A DNA stretch of 41,999 bases from Octopus bimaculoides (GCF_001194135.2 NC_068990.1:2608926-2650924), one strand, 5' to 3'. Positions 1 to 13,138 are shown, numbered from the stretch's first letter. The notes: generated by a model from the sequence alone, not told the origin. Program-made: numbers and translations.

Positions 1-164
1 TGGAAAGTTCGGAGAATGGAAGAACGGAGATATATATGAAATCCGTGTTGCTTATTATTTGATTTTAATCACCCATCCTTTTGGGATGTGAAATTCGGGT
101 GCCTTCGCATAAGTACCATATTCAAGCCTTGAATCTATATATATATATATATATATATATAATA

Positions 165-313
165 AATGCGCCCTTTTAAAGCCTAGCCAGGCTCATGGAT
201 CTGAGTAGACTGGAGTAACCTGAAATGAAGTGTTTTACTCAAGAACACAAAGCGTCACCCGGTCCAGGAATGGAAATCACAATCAAACGATCATGATGCT
301 GACACCCTAACCA
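165..313 (-). mobile_element. tRNA-type SINE fragment (family A)
   Basis: Shares an exact 26-mer ATGAAGTGTTTTACTCAAGAACACAA (225-250) with 26895-26920. The reverse strand has a decayed B-box-like tRNA head at the right end. Confidence 0.7.
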
Positions 314-1049
314 TATATATATATATATGCATATATACAAGACTACAAGCTCTAATGAATTTCTTTGTTTTCAATTAAATCTGGCTGCTATATCTAACAA
401 GCATATTGACACCATTGAAGCCGCATTCGTCTTCTCAATATTTAAAAAGTTGTTTACACAATTACTAGGTGAAATTAGTAACCATATGAAGGTCATACAA
501 ATTGATCTTCCACATTTGCAGAATCATAATATCATATCACATTATGCTCATGGAATCACCAGGTGCTAATAACATCGCTGCAAGTAATACAGAATATAAA
601 TGAAACATTTCAAGAACATTGGACATTAGAAACAAAGCATCCATTTAAATAGTAATAAACCACTGAAATAAATACGCTACGTCAATCCACAATTACACTA
701 TGGATATTATTGTATCCGATGAGTTTGTCTAAAGCAATTCGCCTAAAATACAATTGATCTAAATGTAATTTGTCTAAAACAATTTGTCTAAAACAATTTG
801 TCTAAAACGGTATTAATCCTGAAACAATTTGTCTAAAATACAATTTGACTGAAAAATAAAGATTGTTTCTTTTCTTATGAATTCGTAGGAAGTGGAAAGG
901 AATAGTTGTTTACTCATGCTATTTAGTATAAATAGTTGTTTGCGATAATATGGAATAAAACTAGTTGTTTACTAGAAAAACTAGTTTTCTAAAAAAAAAA
1001 TTAAAAGATTGAGTGGAATTATTCACAGTGAAAAGACCCATAGCCAAAG

Positions 1050-2427
1050 ATGTCTACTGAATTTACTGAATCAGAGTAAAAACAAAATTGGTTGATAATA
1101 GACATACATAATATAGGAATGGTGAAAATGGCAAACGTGTTTATTGGAAGTGCCAAAAATATCCCAAAACAAAATGCTGTGCTGGCATAATTATTGTAAA
1201 GGATGAAATTTTAATATGTTCCAACGACCATAATCATACGTTAGGTTAGATGCCGCTGAAATTGTAGCAAAAGAAGCTGTTTCAAAAATACCTCAACTGG
1301 CTATGTCAACGCAAGATGAACATCATTCAGTTGCATCTAGTGTTCTCGATGATTGCGATTAAGCTGTTGCCTCCAAACTACCAAAATTGCAAAGTATTAA
1401 GAGAACAATAAGATCTATAAGGCAACAAACCCTTAATGAACCGGCCCTACCATCAATTTGCAGTGAAATAATTTTCCCACCTGAACTTACTAAATGTTTT
1501 AAACGTGATCAATTTATGCTTTACGACTCAGGACCAGTTGAAAAGCGTATTGTGATATTTGCGACAAGACTTAATTTGCAGTGTTTATCACTAAGCATTC
1601 ACTGGTATGCAAACGGCAGATTTAAAAGAGTCCCTTTGTTATGTCACCAGTTATATATCATACACCGATTAAAAGAGAAAGCTTAGATACTGCTCGTGTT
1701 TGCGTTATTGCCGGACAAAACAGAAGAAGCATATATAACGTTTTTGCGCGGGATAAAGAGACTTGAACCATCATGTGCGCTATTGGAAATAAAGATCTAT
1801 TTTGAGAAAGTGACGATGAAAGCGGTTTTGAAAGAATTTCTTAGTGCAGAACAGAACGGTTGCTTTTACCACTTCAGCCAATGTATCTTTCGCGTAATTC
1901 AAAGTAATGGTTTAAAACGAAAATGCGAAACAGAGCCTAGTGATAAGGATGCTGCCAGCATTAGCATTTGTCCCAGTAGGCACAGTAACAAGAACAGTTG
2001 AGTTATTATGTGATAACAAAACGTTCCTTGAAATCATTCATTATTTCGAGGATACGTGGATTCGAAGGCTCAAGAGACGGAACGCGCGCCGCTCATCTCC
2101 TTCTTCCCACTAAATATGTGGAATACGTATTTAAGAGTTCTTGATGATTTGCAAAGAATAAATAACTCTCTTGAAGGATGGCATCGAGCATTCGAAACCC
2201 AAGTTGGGTCTCATCACCCAAACATCTGGAAATTAATCAACTTTTTAAGAAAAGAACAACGTCTAAGCGAGCTTTGAATTGAGCAGTCTATTGCTAGAAC
2301 GGAAGCAGAACCTCCAAAGAAGCGCTATCGAGATACAGCAAAACGAATAAAATGTCTTGTTCAAAATTTTGATCCACAAAATCTTATTGATTACGATCGT
2401 GGCATAGTACACAGCCTTTCCTTTTAA
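1050..2427 (+). pseudogene. FLYWCH zinc finger + MULE transposase pseudogene
   Basis: RVYWKCQKYPKTKC...HNH (FLYWCH); WYANGRFK (from the DGTFK motif, D to N); YQ-like HQLYIIH; IYFEK (from DFE); GCFYHFSQ; RINNSLEGWH. Multiple stops and frameshifts spread across ORFs 1387, 1696 and 2056. Confidence 0.9.
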
Positions 2428-2494
2428 AACTTAATAAATCCTTTCAGTGAATGCTGTCTTTTGTTTTTTTATGCATTTTGAATTACAATACTAC

Positions 2495-2881
2495 AGTTGT
2501 TGTTGTTGGCACTCCGTCGCTTACGACGTCGAGGGTTCCAGTTGATCCAATCAACGGAACAGCCTGCTCGTGATATTAACGTGCAAGTGGCTGAGCACTC
2601 CACAGATACGTGTACTCCTAACGTAGTTCTCGGGGATATTTAGCGTGACACAGTGTGACAAGGCTGACCCTTTGAATTACAGGCACAACAGAAACAGGAA
2701 GTAAGAGTGAAAGTTGTGGTGGAAGAGTACAGCAGTGTTCGCCACCATCCCCTGCCGGAGCCTCGTGGAGCTTTACGTGTTTTCGCTCAATAAACACTCA
2801 CAACGCCCGCTCTGGGAATCGAAACCACGATCCTATGACCGCGAGTCCGCTGCCCTAACCACTGGGCCATTGCGCCTCCAC
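2495..2881 (-). mobile_element. Full-length tRNA-derived SINE nested in the MULE
   Basis: Reverse strand carries A box TGGCCCAGTGG (2859-2869), B box GTTTCGATTCC (2815-2825) and a (CAA)n tail. The 11-bp TSD is TACAATACTAC (2484-2494) / TATAATACTAC (2882-2892), with one mismatch. Confidence 0.9.
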
Positions 2882-3565
2882 TATAATACTACTAATGTTT
2901 TTATAAATAGTTAACAGCTAGTTATAAACCCAAAGAATTATAAATTTTGAATTAAAAATACGAATTCATCAAAAACAAACAATTTTTATTTTTTNNNNNN
3001 NNNNTATAAATTTTGAATTAAAAATACGAATTCATCAAAAACAAACAATTTTTATTTTTTAGTCAGATTTAATTTTTTAGACAAATTGTTTCTAGATTAA
3101 TACTGTTTTAGACAATGTTTTAGACAAATTACATTTAGATGAATTGTATTTTAGATGAATTGTTTTAGACAAACGTGCCTAGACCCGCACCGTATATTAT
3201 ATCTAGAGAACCTAACTGTTGCAATGCTGTATGTAACTGAACCCGACAGCATACGCAAGAATAAACATGGACCAGTACTTTATTCTAACTACAGTTCGTT
3301 TGCTCAAGAATAGTTCTCTTAGCGGTATTCATATTTTTCTGTATACGATGCAAATAAAATATTTTCCGACTACTCAAATATATTTTCCATTGAGAACACT
3401 TCAGCTATTACGCTCAGTGAATTAAATCAGTAAAACAAAAAGCAATAAAACTGAATTAAAGCTACAACCACAACTGGTGACCCTAGGACGACAAGCGAAT
3501 TGCTACATAACCCATTCCAAGATTCTTCCCGTCTCCACTCGGAAACATTCAAATAAACAAGTAGG

Positions 3566-4410
3566 ATGATGAAAACAACATGTAGTCTAGTGCTTGAAAA
3601 TTTCAAGCACCCCACTCTCGGTCCTCAACATACAGGATCAGGGGTTAGTGTACTCCTAAAGTCAGAGTTGTTGCACAACGTGGGAAACCACATGGGTAAT
3701 GATGCAACATTCCATGCGAATATGTTCAACATGGCAACACTCTGCAGGCGAGTAATTGGACGGATTCTGAGATCATTCAGAACCGAAAAATGATACCATG
3801 CTAGTCTTATGGAGAACTTTCGTTCTCAGTTTTCCGGGTTACTCTTCGCAATTGTGATCACTGGTTGCGTTAAGATGGTGGTGGAACTTGAGACCATCAA
3901 CCGCCACTACGCAAAGAAGATTGTTTCGCTGTGACAGATGAGCTATTGGGAGTGGCTAAACGAACTGAGGCTATACTCCCGAGAAGATGTATAGGCAGGA
4001 AAGACATGAAATTACATATAGAGGAATCTGGAAGATCTAGCTCTCAACTTAAGAATCAAGCACCGAAATGGACGGCATTTCATAATACTTAAGATCCCGT
4101 TATCTCCATCATGTACAAGGACCTAGTACTGCCACAGCTTGGGTTTTAGCGGTCCACAACTATTCAACAATCTGCCAAACAACCTCAGAGATTTGCAAGA
4201 TGCAGATGCGGAAGTCTTGAAAGAACGTCCGGATAAAATTTTATCTGAAATATCAGATGGACCTAGATTGCAGAAGGAGGGTAAAAGAAGCGCGGGTCCT
4301 TACAAATCCCACCTTCACCTAAACCAGTGTAGAAAGGATTACGTAAACGAAACACGCTAAACGGTGGTGCTCCAGCATCGCCCCGGCTTTTGTCTAAAAC
4401 CGACATAATA
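3566..4410 (+). mobile_element. CR1/L2-type LINE, 5'-truncated decayed RT C-terminus and 3' UTR
   Basis: Translations VGNHMGNDATFHANM, RILRSFRT, MSYWEWLNELRLYS and LGFSGPQLFNNLPNNLRDL match the post-RT region of CR1/L2 ORF2. It is homologous to 31765-32113. Confidence 0.8.
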
Positions 4411-4427
4411 TTAAAGGAAAGAAAGAT

Positions 4428-4495
4428 ATATATATATATATATATACATATATATTTTTCAAACACACACACACACACACGCACACACACACACG

Positions 4496-4533
<38 letters not shown>

Positions 4534-4546
4534 CACAAACACACAC
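4428..4546. repeat. Compound (TA)n/(CA)n microsatellite
   Basis: Directly visible. Confidence 0.95.
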
Positions 4547-5224
4547 GTACTGCAATAGTGAGTTATATAACATTGTACATTTGAGGAGCATGGACATCTG
4601 ATAGAAAGACAGTATCATGCAATACTGAAATAAAATACATCGTGGCCAATACTTAACAAAACATTAATAGAACAATAAATTAAAATTTGGAAGAGAATGT
4701 GAGAGGAGGACGGTGATAGGGAGTACTACATCGAGACAATGGTCTATAAAATCTGCTGTAACGTTATTAGTAATATATTTAGTGACGTGTTCACCAAAAC
4801 ACAAATCACTTGATGTTTAGTGCGCCATTCGGTATATTTAATCAGTGATTTTTATATTATTAGTTAAGCAAGTGCAATAAAATCTTTGAATCATACATAA
4901 AATTATAAGAGCGAGTCAAACCCCAAGTTATATTACGAATTAGCCGAAATGAATAATTTCATAGTGATCAAATGGATAATTATTTTTTTATTTATCACAT
5001 GATAATTTGTAGCTGCCTTCTAAGTGCTTCAAACATCATATATGATACCATTAGCAGGATACAAAGAGCCCTGGACAAAGTGAACTACAGTCGAATACAT
5101 ACTGCCTCTATTCATTAACGTACGAAGCCAGACACTTATATGAAGGAATATGTAACATCAATGCTACTGGTTTCAAATTTTGGCACAAAATGACACAAAG
5201 GGGGGATTGAAGATTGCATAAAGA

Positions 5225-5225
<1 letters not shown>

Positions 5226-5295
<70 letters not shown>

Positions 5296-5325
5296 TAATA
5301 ATAATGATGATAATAATAATAATAA
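5226..5325. repeat. (AAT)n microsatellite
   Basis: Directly visible; it produces the poly-I/L/Y ORFs in the track. Confidence 0.98.
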
Positions 5326-6219
5326 GACAACGGGGACGTTTAACACGTGAGAGTGATAAAACACTGCACCGAAATCTATCCGGGAATAAAGACATCGCAT
5401 GGAGCTAAAAATAGCTGAAAAAGGGTTGGACTATATCCGAGTAAGTAATACTCATTGAAATTTAATTCCATTTTCCAAATGAAATGAAGTATTTGAACTG
5501 GATATCATCTCCACTGCTCGGACAGCACATGTAAACACGCTCGACACATTAGAATCCATCAACACCAGACCATCTTCCACCCAAAACCCCATGTACAAAA
5601 AATTAAAATAAATTAAATATTACCGGTATTATTCAACCCAGGAATAACAATCGGGAAGTGCGTATTTTAAACTTATTACACAAAAGTACGGAAACCTACA
5701 CGTGCAAAACAATTTAACTCCAGAAATGAACGGACAGTTAACATACAAAAGTGATGATCGTCAAAATAAAAGGCTGGACATCGTTCCTTATGTCCCGCAA
5801 ATGAAACACAAAAAGCATAAATGGACACGTGAGAAGTATATCTGAATCCTACATGCTAATTATACAACAGTGCTCTACTCAAATAACGTAAACATCAAAA
5901 CATATACATGTTGAATATGGGTAAAGAATAACCTAAACAAAGACTTGGGTAGAGCAATGAACTCTAATAAACTAGCTAACATACGAAGATATATATTCAA
6001 AACCAAAAAATATCAGAAATAGAAATAGAACATTTAAAAGGAAAAATACTGCTCTCCAGGTAAACGTTTCTAACAAAAAAGCAGAAGACACCACAAGCAA
6101 AAATAAATTATATACATGCAGAGTTAGATGTAGAAGTGTAAAGTATAATTTATTATATAATCTCTGCAATAAACGTGATACTGAATGGAATAAGTCCCCG
6201 ATTGAACTTTGTTAATTAT

Positions 6220-6353
6220 ATATATNNNNNNNNNNNNNNNNNNNNNNNNNNNNNNNNNNNNNNNNNNNNNNNNNNNNNNNNNNNNNNNNNNNNNNNNNNN
6301 NNNNNNNNNNNNNNNNNNNNNNNNNNNNNNNNNNNNNNNNNNNNNNNNNNNNN

Positions 6354-6403
<50 letters not shown>

Positions 6404-6420
6404 TGTGTGTGTGCGTACGT
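6220..6420. repeat. (TA)n - gap - (GT)n
   Basis: Dinucleotide repeats flank the N gap at 6226-6353. Confidence 0.95.
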
Positions 6421-6637
6421 GTGTATATGTCTGTGTGTTAGAAATCTACTGCATAGCACATTGCAACAAAACCTGAACGTGATTGAAAGGCGAGCTTTCT
6501 AACAACAGTCATGCCTGCGCTTATTTGTGGTACAAGAATCAAATCTTAATGCTACGTTCGTCCCCTGGAAGACACGTTTTCTTCATTTTACTCTTCCCTT
6601 TTTGTCTTTGCTCGGTATACACTTGCCTTGCTTACCT

Positions 6638-6704
6638 ATTGGCCATTAAGCAGGCAATTTAATGGACGTCACCAATCAGAAACTGGGAACGGTTTTATTA
6701 TAAA
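6638..6704 (+). promoter_or_regulatory. Candidate Pol II core-promoter motif cluster (reverse CCAAT, CRE-like, CCAAT, TATA)
   Basis: ATTGG at 6638-6642, GACGTCA at 6665-6671, CCAATCAG at 6672-6679 and TATAAA at 6699-6704. Motif match only, with no downstream gene identified. Confidence 0.2.
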
Positions 6705-6954
6705 GATTCAGTTTTCTGTTTCGAATTTCTCCTTTACTCTCACACAAGTTTAAACATATGCACATTATTCACAAGTACCCACAGGCACACAGCGTGTATA
6801 TATACACGTATGTATGTGAATAAATAGGTCCATAAAATATCCGACAATATTTATCTAATTGCATTGAGGTTATGAAATAAGTTTCCCATAATATATGATA
6901 TACACCCATTTGTCCTTAGAAGAGTGTCGGAAAGTTCTTGCTACTTCTCTCCTC

Positions 6955-6999
<45 letters not shown>

Positions 7000-7501
7000 A
7001 TACACAAACATTCATTATATGTATAACTATAAATATATGTATATTGTCAATGCACATATATACGTATTTATCTGTGTGTGGTATTTATGTATGTATATAT
7101 TTATTTTATAAACTATATATATGCGACATAAAGAACCATTATTTATAGATAAACTTATATATTTAAGCACAAAAAACATAGTCTTTTTATTAAGAAATTT
7201 GCCCAATCAAATACAATAATAAACTAAATAGAAAATGTTCTTTTTAATACATTTTAAATTATACTAATATGACTACATCCAATATTATGACTTCCTCATT
7301 AATGTAATGTTCGTTTTTCATTTTGCCTTACAAATTGTAATTAGAATAGTTTGTAAAAGATCATCAAAAGCTAAATATATACGAAATCTTTTTACTTTCT
7401 ATAGATAATACAGTTAACTATGTGATATTCTGTTTTATCAAAGACACAAGTACACATACATATCCATACGTACATGCATGCACACGCACACACACACACA
7501 C

Positions 7502-7543
<42 letters not shown>

Positions 7544-8562
7544 TTATATATACATATATATNNNNNNNNNNNNNNNNNNNNNNNNNNNNNNNNNNNNNNN
7601 NNNNNNNNNNNNNNNNNNNNNNNNNNNNNNNNNNNNNNNNNNNNNNNNNNNNNNNNNNNNNNNNNNNNNNNNNNNNNNNNNNNNNNNNNNNNNNNNNNNN
7701 NNNNNNNNNNNNNNNNNNNNNNNNNNNNNNNNNNNNNNNNNNNNNNNNNNNNNNNNNNNNNNNNNNNNNNNNNNNNNNNNNNNNNNNNNNNNNNNNNNNN
7801 NNNNNNNNNNNNNNNNNTATATATATATATATATATATATACGTACATACATACATACATATATACATACAATCATACATACATATGTTTATATATATTT
7901 GTATGTGTATGTCTTACAAATTACCTAGTTGCAGACATCTTTCTCAAACAAATATTTATATATTTCTTTTTGGCTTTTTTTCAATTTTATATCTCATTGT
8001 AATTTATATTTTCACCTCCTTGTTATATGATATATAAACTATAATTGCTTTTCAAACCTAAAGCAATCAGATAAGAATCAATATAGAAAATTTATTACAA
8101 ATCATTGATCGTGAATCAGTAGAGGTGAAATCATTGACCAAAATGGATGGAAGTAATTCACTAAGAGTTCAACATTGATATTATACCAGCTACCATCGTT
8201 CCGCAATGATTCTGCACTGAAGATACTTAATGTCTCAAGGAGATGTTCACTGAATTGTCAAACCTGCGCTAAATATGACGTTTAAAATTGTTAATTGCTA
8301 GGAATTAAGAGATTACTATTAATCACACCATAATAGAAAGGATACTGATATTTCTTGTTAGATTTTTGCATCCTCACAGATATTGAAATTAAGCTTTCTT
8401 ATTGAAGTTTCCCTGGGATATTCTAGTGATACCACATCCTTCTCTTGATATCATATTTGCCGGTAAGGTCTATTGTGTTTCACATTTAAAATCATACAAG
8501 GCACAAGCATCTGTTTACTTAAACAAGATCAAAACAAGTAATGCTACCACTGCTAATGCTAG

Positions 8563-8646
<84 letters not shown>

Positions 8647-8668
8647 TGATGATGATGATGATGATGAC

Positions 8669-8704
<36 letters not shown>

Positions 8705-8729
8705 AACAATGATGATGATAATGATGATT

Positions 8730-8764
<35 letters not shown>
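8563..8764. repeat. Compound trinucleotide array (ACT)n-(AAT)n-(GAT)n-(AAT)n
   Basis: Directly visible. Confidence 0.97.
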
Positions 8765-8767
8765 TTT

Positions 8768-9046
8768 AGTAATAACATACAGAAAATATCACTACTAGGT
8801 ACCGTACAGGCCCTACGTAAAGCACTTTCAGTACAGNNNNNNNNNNNNNNNNNNNNNNNNNNNNNNNNNNNNNNNNNNNNNNNNNNNNNNNNNNNNNNNN
8901 NNNNNNNNNNNNNNNNNNNNNGTACAGATCCAAATATATGGTACCCTAGGCATAACACCTACATGAACGTCTAACTTGTTGTCTCTTGAGGTCTCTGGGT
9001 GAGACTTGGATCCAACTTGTAGAAATGCAAAACAAAAGTCAAACAT
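8768..9046 (+). mobile_element. R4/Dong-like non-LTR retrotransposon 3' end inserted in (TAA)n
   Basis: NNIQKISLLGTVQALRKALSVQ resembles the IQKxxLLGTAxILRKVL C-terminus of RLE-type R4/Dong ORFs. It is followed by a UTR-like segment and a (TAA)n tail, and is interrupted by the gap at 8837-8921. Confidence 0.6.
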
Positions 9047-9049
9047 AAA

Positions 9050-9073
9050 ATAAAAATAATAATAATCATAATC

Positions 9074-9142
<69 letters not shown>

Positions 9143-9150
9143 GCAACAAT
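9050..9150. repeat. (AAT)n microsatellite
   Basis: Directly visible. Confidence 0.97.
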
Positions 9151-10349
9151 AATAACACTACAACTACTATTACTTCTACTATTTCGAAATAATTTATTCT
9201 TGTAATATGGAGAATTGACTAAATCCAGCCAATCCTAAATATATATGTACATAATGTTTATATGAGTGTATATACATAGTTTTTGTATGGCTATATACAT
9301 GTATGTATCTGTCTCTCTATGAAAATGTCTATCTTCGATCGTATTTTACAAAGTATTCTCTATACTCTTCGATCTTAATGAGTTTTCTTTATATTTCCTG
9401 CAAATAGAGCGATCGTGTAGCTCTTCTGATATTTGTATATTTAATTTCTGCAGGAGTGACCTTTCCCTATCCAATACCCAGTGAAACCTGTGCAAAATTA
9501 TATAGCAATAATACGCTGATGTTCAACACCCAGCTAGAACCGATAGTTAAACGCAATTTTAAACATGTATTCAAGTCAAACGTATTGTTTTAGGAGCCAA
9601 CTTTCACACAAATCTCGAAATATATGCTACTTTGATAGAAGTAGTTTTCTGACAGAACTGTAATACTCAGGTGAATTCCAGGTAGTATTTAAATTAGTTC
9701 ATCTGCGTTCTTAGCTGATATATCACTGGGCTCCAGTTTGACTCATATTTCTTCGTGATCGCGGAATATATGAAGTTTCAATTCATTCTTTTGTGGAAGC
9801 GAAATCAATTGACTGTGCACTTCCCTAAAATTATGTGGTGTGCTCCTGAGCTGTCAATAGAAACTGTTTTTTTTTTTTTTGTCACAAAACCAAAGCGATG
9901 GCATGGATATTCAAGGGGAAAGCCATATTGTTGACATGAAATATTTCCGTAACCTATTTAATGAATATTCATTTTGTAAAATTATTGCCATCGCCTCAAA
10001 TCGAATCAAACGTGGTCATTCAAACAGCTTGAAATAACAGCTCAAGCCTACAAATCGCATCCTTCATCGGAGTAAAAGATCACAATAGCTTATATGGTCA
10101 TACAACCATAAAAAGGGGGCATGACTATACCTGGCAATTATTTCACCATAAGTCTTATTGTCAGTAATTACCCGAGCATAAACAACCAGAAAACAACAGT
10201 TTCAGTTCGAACAAAAACAATTATTGTTATTTGCACTTTTGCTTTACATCACGCGTGATAGCATTCGTTTCTAATTTCGAATAGAGTCAGAAGTTTTCAG
10301 CGGAGAACTTCAGGCGATACCATCAACTTCAGAAGTGTGTAACACATTA

Positions 10350-10420
10350 TTTTTTTTGACACGGGAAGGATGGAAGGTATAGTTGACCCTGGCGGTATTT
10401 GAACTCAAAATTAAAGAGAT
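10350..10420 (-). mobile_element. SINE family B fragment
   Basis: GGAAGGATGGAAGGTATAGTTGACCCTGGCGGTATTTGAACTCA aligns to the AAAGGATGAA...GTCGACCTCGGC.GAATTTGAACTCA core at 13392-13435. Confidence 0.6.
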
Positions 10421-11569
10421 GTGTGTAAGTATGTTAACCTAAGCTTTAAAGATTCTCTCAGCTCAACGAAACTATACTTCACTCTCACAGTCATTTCCAT
10501 GTAATTTTGTTGTTATATACACTGATTAGCATTTGTTTATACTGTTGTTAACTTTACCCTACGAGCATAGTAGTGGATCCAATAGTCTGATTATTTCAAT
10601 TTATATATATATATATATATATATATNNNNNNNNNNNNNNNNNNNNNNNNNNNNNNNNNNNNNNNNNNNNNNNNNNNNNNNNNNNNNNNNNNNNNNNNNN
10701 NNNNNNNNNNNNNNNNNNNNNNNNNNNNNNNNNNNNNNNNNNNNNNNNNNNNNNNNNNNNNNNNNNNNNNNNNNNNNNNNNNNNNNNNNNNNNNNNNNNN
10801 NNNNNNNNNNNNNNNNNNNNNNNNNNNNNNNNNNNNNNNNNNNNNNNNNNNNNNNNNNNNNNNNNNNNNNNNNNNNNNNNNNNNNNNNNNNNNNNNNNNN
10901 NNNNNNNNNNNNNNNNNNNNNNNNNNNNNNNNNNNNNNNNNNNNNNNNNNNNNNNNNNNNNNNNNNNNNNNNNNNNNNNNNNNNNNNNNNNNNNNNNNNN
11001 NNNNNNNNNNNNNNNNNNNNNNNNNNNNNNNNNNNNNNNNNNNNNNNNNNNNNNNNNNNNNNNNNNNNNNNNNNNNNNNNNNNNNNNNNNNNNNNNNNNN
11101 NNNNNNNNNNNNNNNNNNNNNNNNNNNNNNNNNNNNNNNNNNNNNNNNNNNNNNNNNNNNNNNNNNNNNNNNNNNNNNNNNNNNNNNNNNNNNNNNNNNN
11201 NNNNNNNNNNNNNNNNNNNNNNNNNNNNNNNNNNNNNNNNNNNNNNNNNNNNNNNNNNNNNNNNNNNNNNNNNNNNNNNNNNNNNNNNNNNNNNNNNNNN
11301 NNNNNNNNNNNNNNNNNNNNNNNNNNNNNNNNNNNNNNNNNNNNNNNNNNNNNNNNNNNNNNNNNNNNNNNNNNNNNNNNNNNNNNNNNNNNNNNNNNNN
11401 NNNNNNNNNNNNNNNNNNNNNNNNNNNNNNNNNNNNNNNNNNNNNNNNNNNNNNNNNNNNNNNNNNNNNNNNNNNNNNNNNNNNNNNNNNNNNNNNNNNN
11501 NNNNNNNNNNNNNNNNNNNNNNNNNNNNNNNNNNNNNNNTATATATATATATATATACATATAAACACT

Positions 11570-11604
<35 letters not shown>

Positions 11605-11804
11605 ACAGAAACTGAAAGAGGGAGACTGAGAGAGAGAGACTGAGGGAAAAAAAGAGAAGGGTAAAAGGCACCGACGCTCCTCCTGCTGCAATGCCGAACG
11701 TTTAACATAGAAAGTCCATAACAAATTTTCACGCTGACACTAAGTGATGCCTCTTGCATGTCAACTGTGTACATACCGTATGCGCGATATACAGACGAAC
11801 AAAT

Positions 11805-11888
11805 GTATGTGCGAGTGTGTGTATGCGTATGTATGCGTGTATGTGAGAGAGTGCGTGCGTGGCTGTGTGTGTGTGTGTGTATGCGTGT

Positions 11889-11919
<31 letters not shown>

Positions 11920-11920
11920 C
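11805..11920. repeat. Imperfect (GT)n microsatellite
   Basis: Directly visible. Confidence 0.95.
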
Positions 11921-12149
11921 ATTTGTCGCTCATGGTAAATATAAAGTATTTCATCACCTCTCATCATTGTTTTATACATATCTATATCTGTACCTGTGGA
12001 TATACCTATCTATAATATTGTCAATATATGTTTATGCACGCACACATACTTATATATATGTATGTATGATTGTGTATATATATGTGTGTGTGTGACTACA
12101 TATACATGTACATTTATATCTATATGTCTATACCTATCTATCTATCTAG

Positions 12150-12187
<38 letters not shown>

Positions 12188-12225
12188 TGACAAAGAGGGG
12201 GAGTTGAGGAAATACATGAATACGC

Positions 12226-12271
<46 letters not shown>

Positions 12272-13138
12272 ACACATACATATGTATGTATGTGAGTATA
12301 TATGCATGCACACATGGTGAAGTAATTACGTGTGAAAATGAGCGTATATATGATTCAAGGCAAAACAATACGTTAATCTCCAGGCATTGAATCTTATTAC
12401 ATTCTGAAAGAGGATTATTTTCTCATTGAAAAATAATCTATAGCTCACTTTTTGTAACTGAATTTCCTTGCATATAATTTGATGGAATTGTGATTATCTC
12501 TTGAAATATGCTGAAAGTTAAAATGGATATTAATTTCTAAAGCTAAGCATGTCGTTTTCTTCCAATAGGACAGAGGACGTGATTCGATGTTTTAATTATC
12601 TCTTTAGTTCCGTGTTATCATTGACTAAGCACCTGTTGCTTCTTCAAGCTTTTTGTTGCCGATATCAAAATGTTGAGTAATTTGCATATATATATTTTTT
12701 AAAGTTTTATATATTTAAATGCATATAATTTAGATTGCCATATCGAGTAAAATCTATTCTTAAAATATATTGTTTCCTCGCCTTAGCACAACAATCTTAT
12801 AGTTTGGGCGAAGCAGAACGAGTGCCTGGCGTATATATATATATATATATATATATCTTATTGCTCCCTGGCGATTAATGATATACATAAAGTAAATTCG
12901 TGCAGTCCGAAAAAATTATGCGGCACTAAAAGTACCAAGTGAAATTTTTTACTCATTTCACTTTTTAACCTTTCAAATCTAGGAGTACATAACAGTTTAC
13001 ACTCTGCACTTTTAAAATAGTTCATGTATTATAGGGAAGCTTCCGATTATAAATTCACTTATTTGTTATTTTCTGCAGTTTTTCCAAATATTACACCAAA
13101 ACCTTCAAATATAGGCTGCAACTAGACAGTAACAACTA

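Larger units (their letters stand above)
712..3186 (+). mobile_element. Mutator-like (MULE) DNA transposon, decayed, with long TIRs
   Basis: About 724-860 and 3050-3186 are inverted copies built from TTTGTCTAAAA subrepeats. They enclose a FLYWCH plus MULE transposase pseudogene. No clear TSD. Confidence 0.85.

Noticed and set aside
2810-2881. tRNA gene (likewise the heads at 165-313, 20400, 26883 and 31073)
   Set aside because: These are SINE heads that continue into SINE bodies, with no complete cloverleaf.
2941-3060. Direct repeat of about 54 bp either side of a 10-N gap
   Set aside because: This is a typical unmerged contig overlap, so an assembly artefact.
5400-6170. A/C-skewed stretch as another PLE or LINE relic
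   Set aside because: The composition resembles 29555-30780, but I could recover no recognisable motif.
8402-8974. 190-aa ORF with poly-T/N/D as a host protein
   Set aside because: It is a stop-free phase of a compound microsatellite fused to a retroelement end and a gap.
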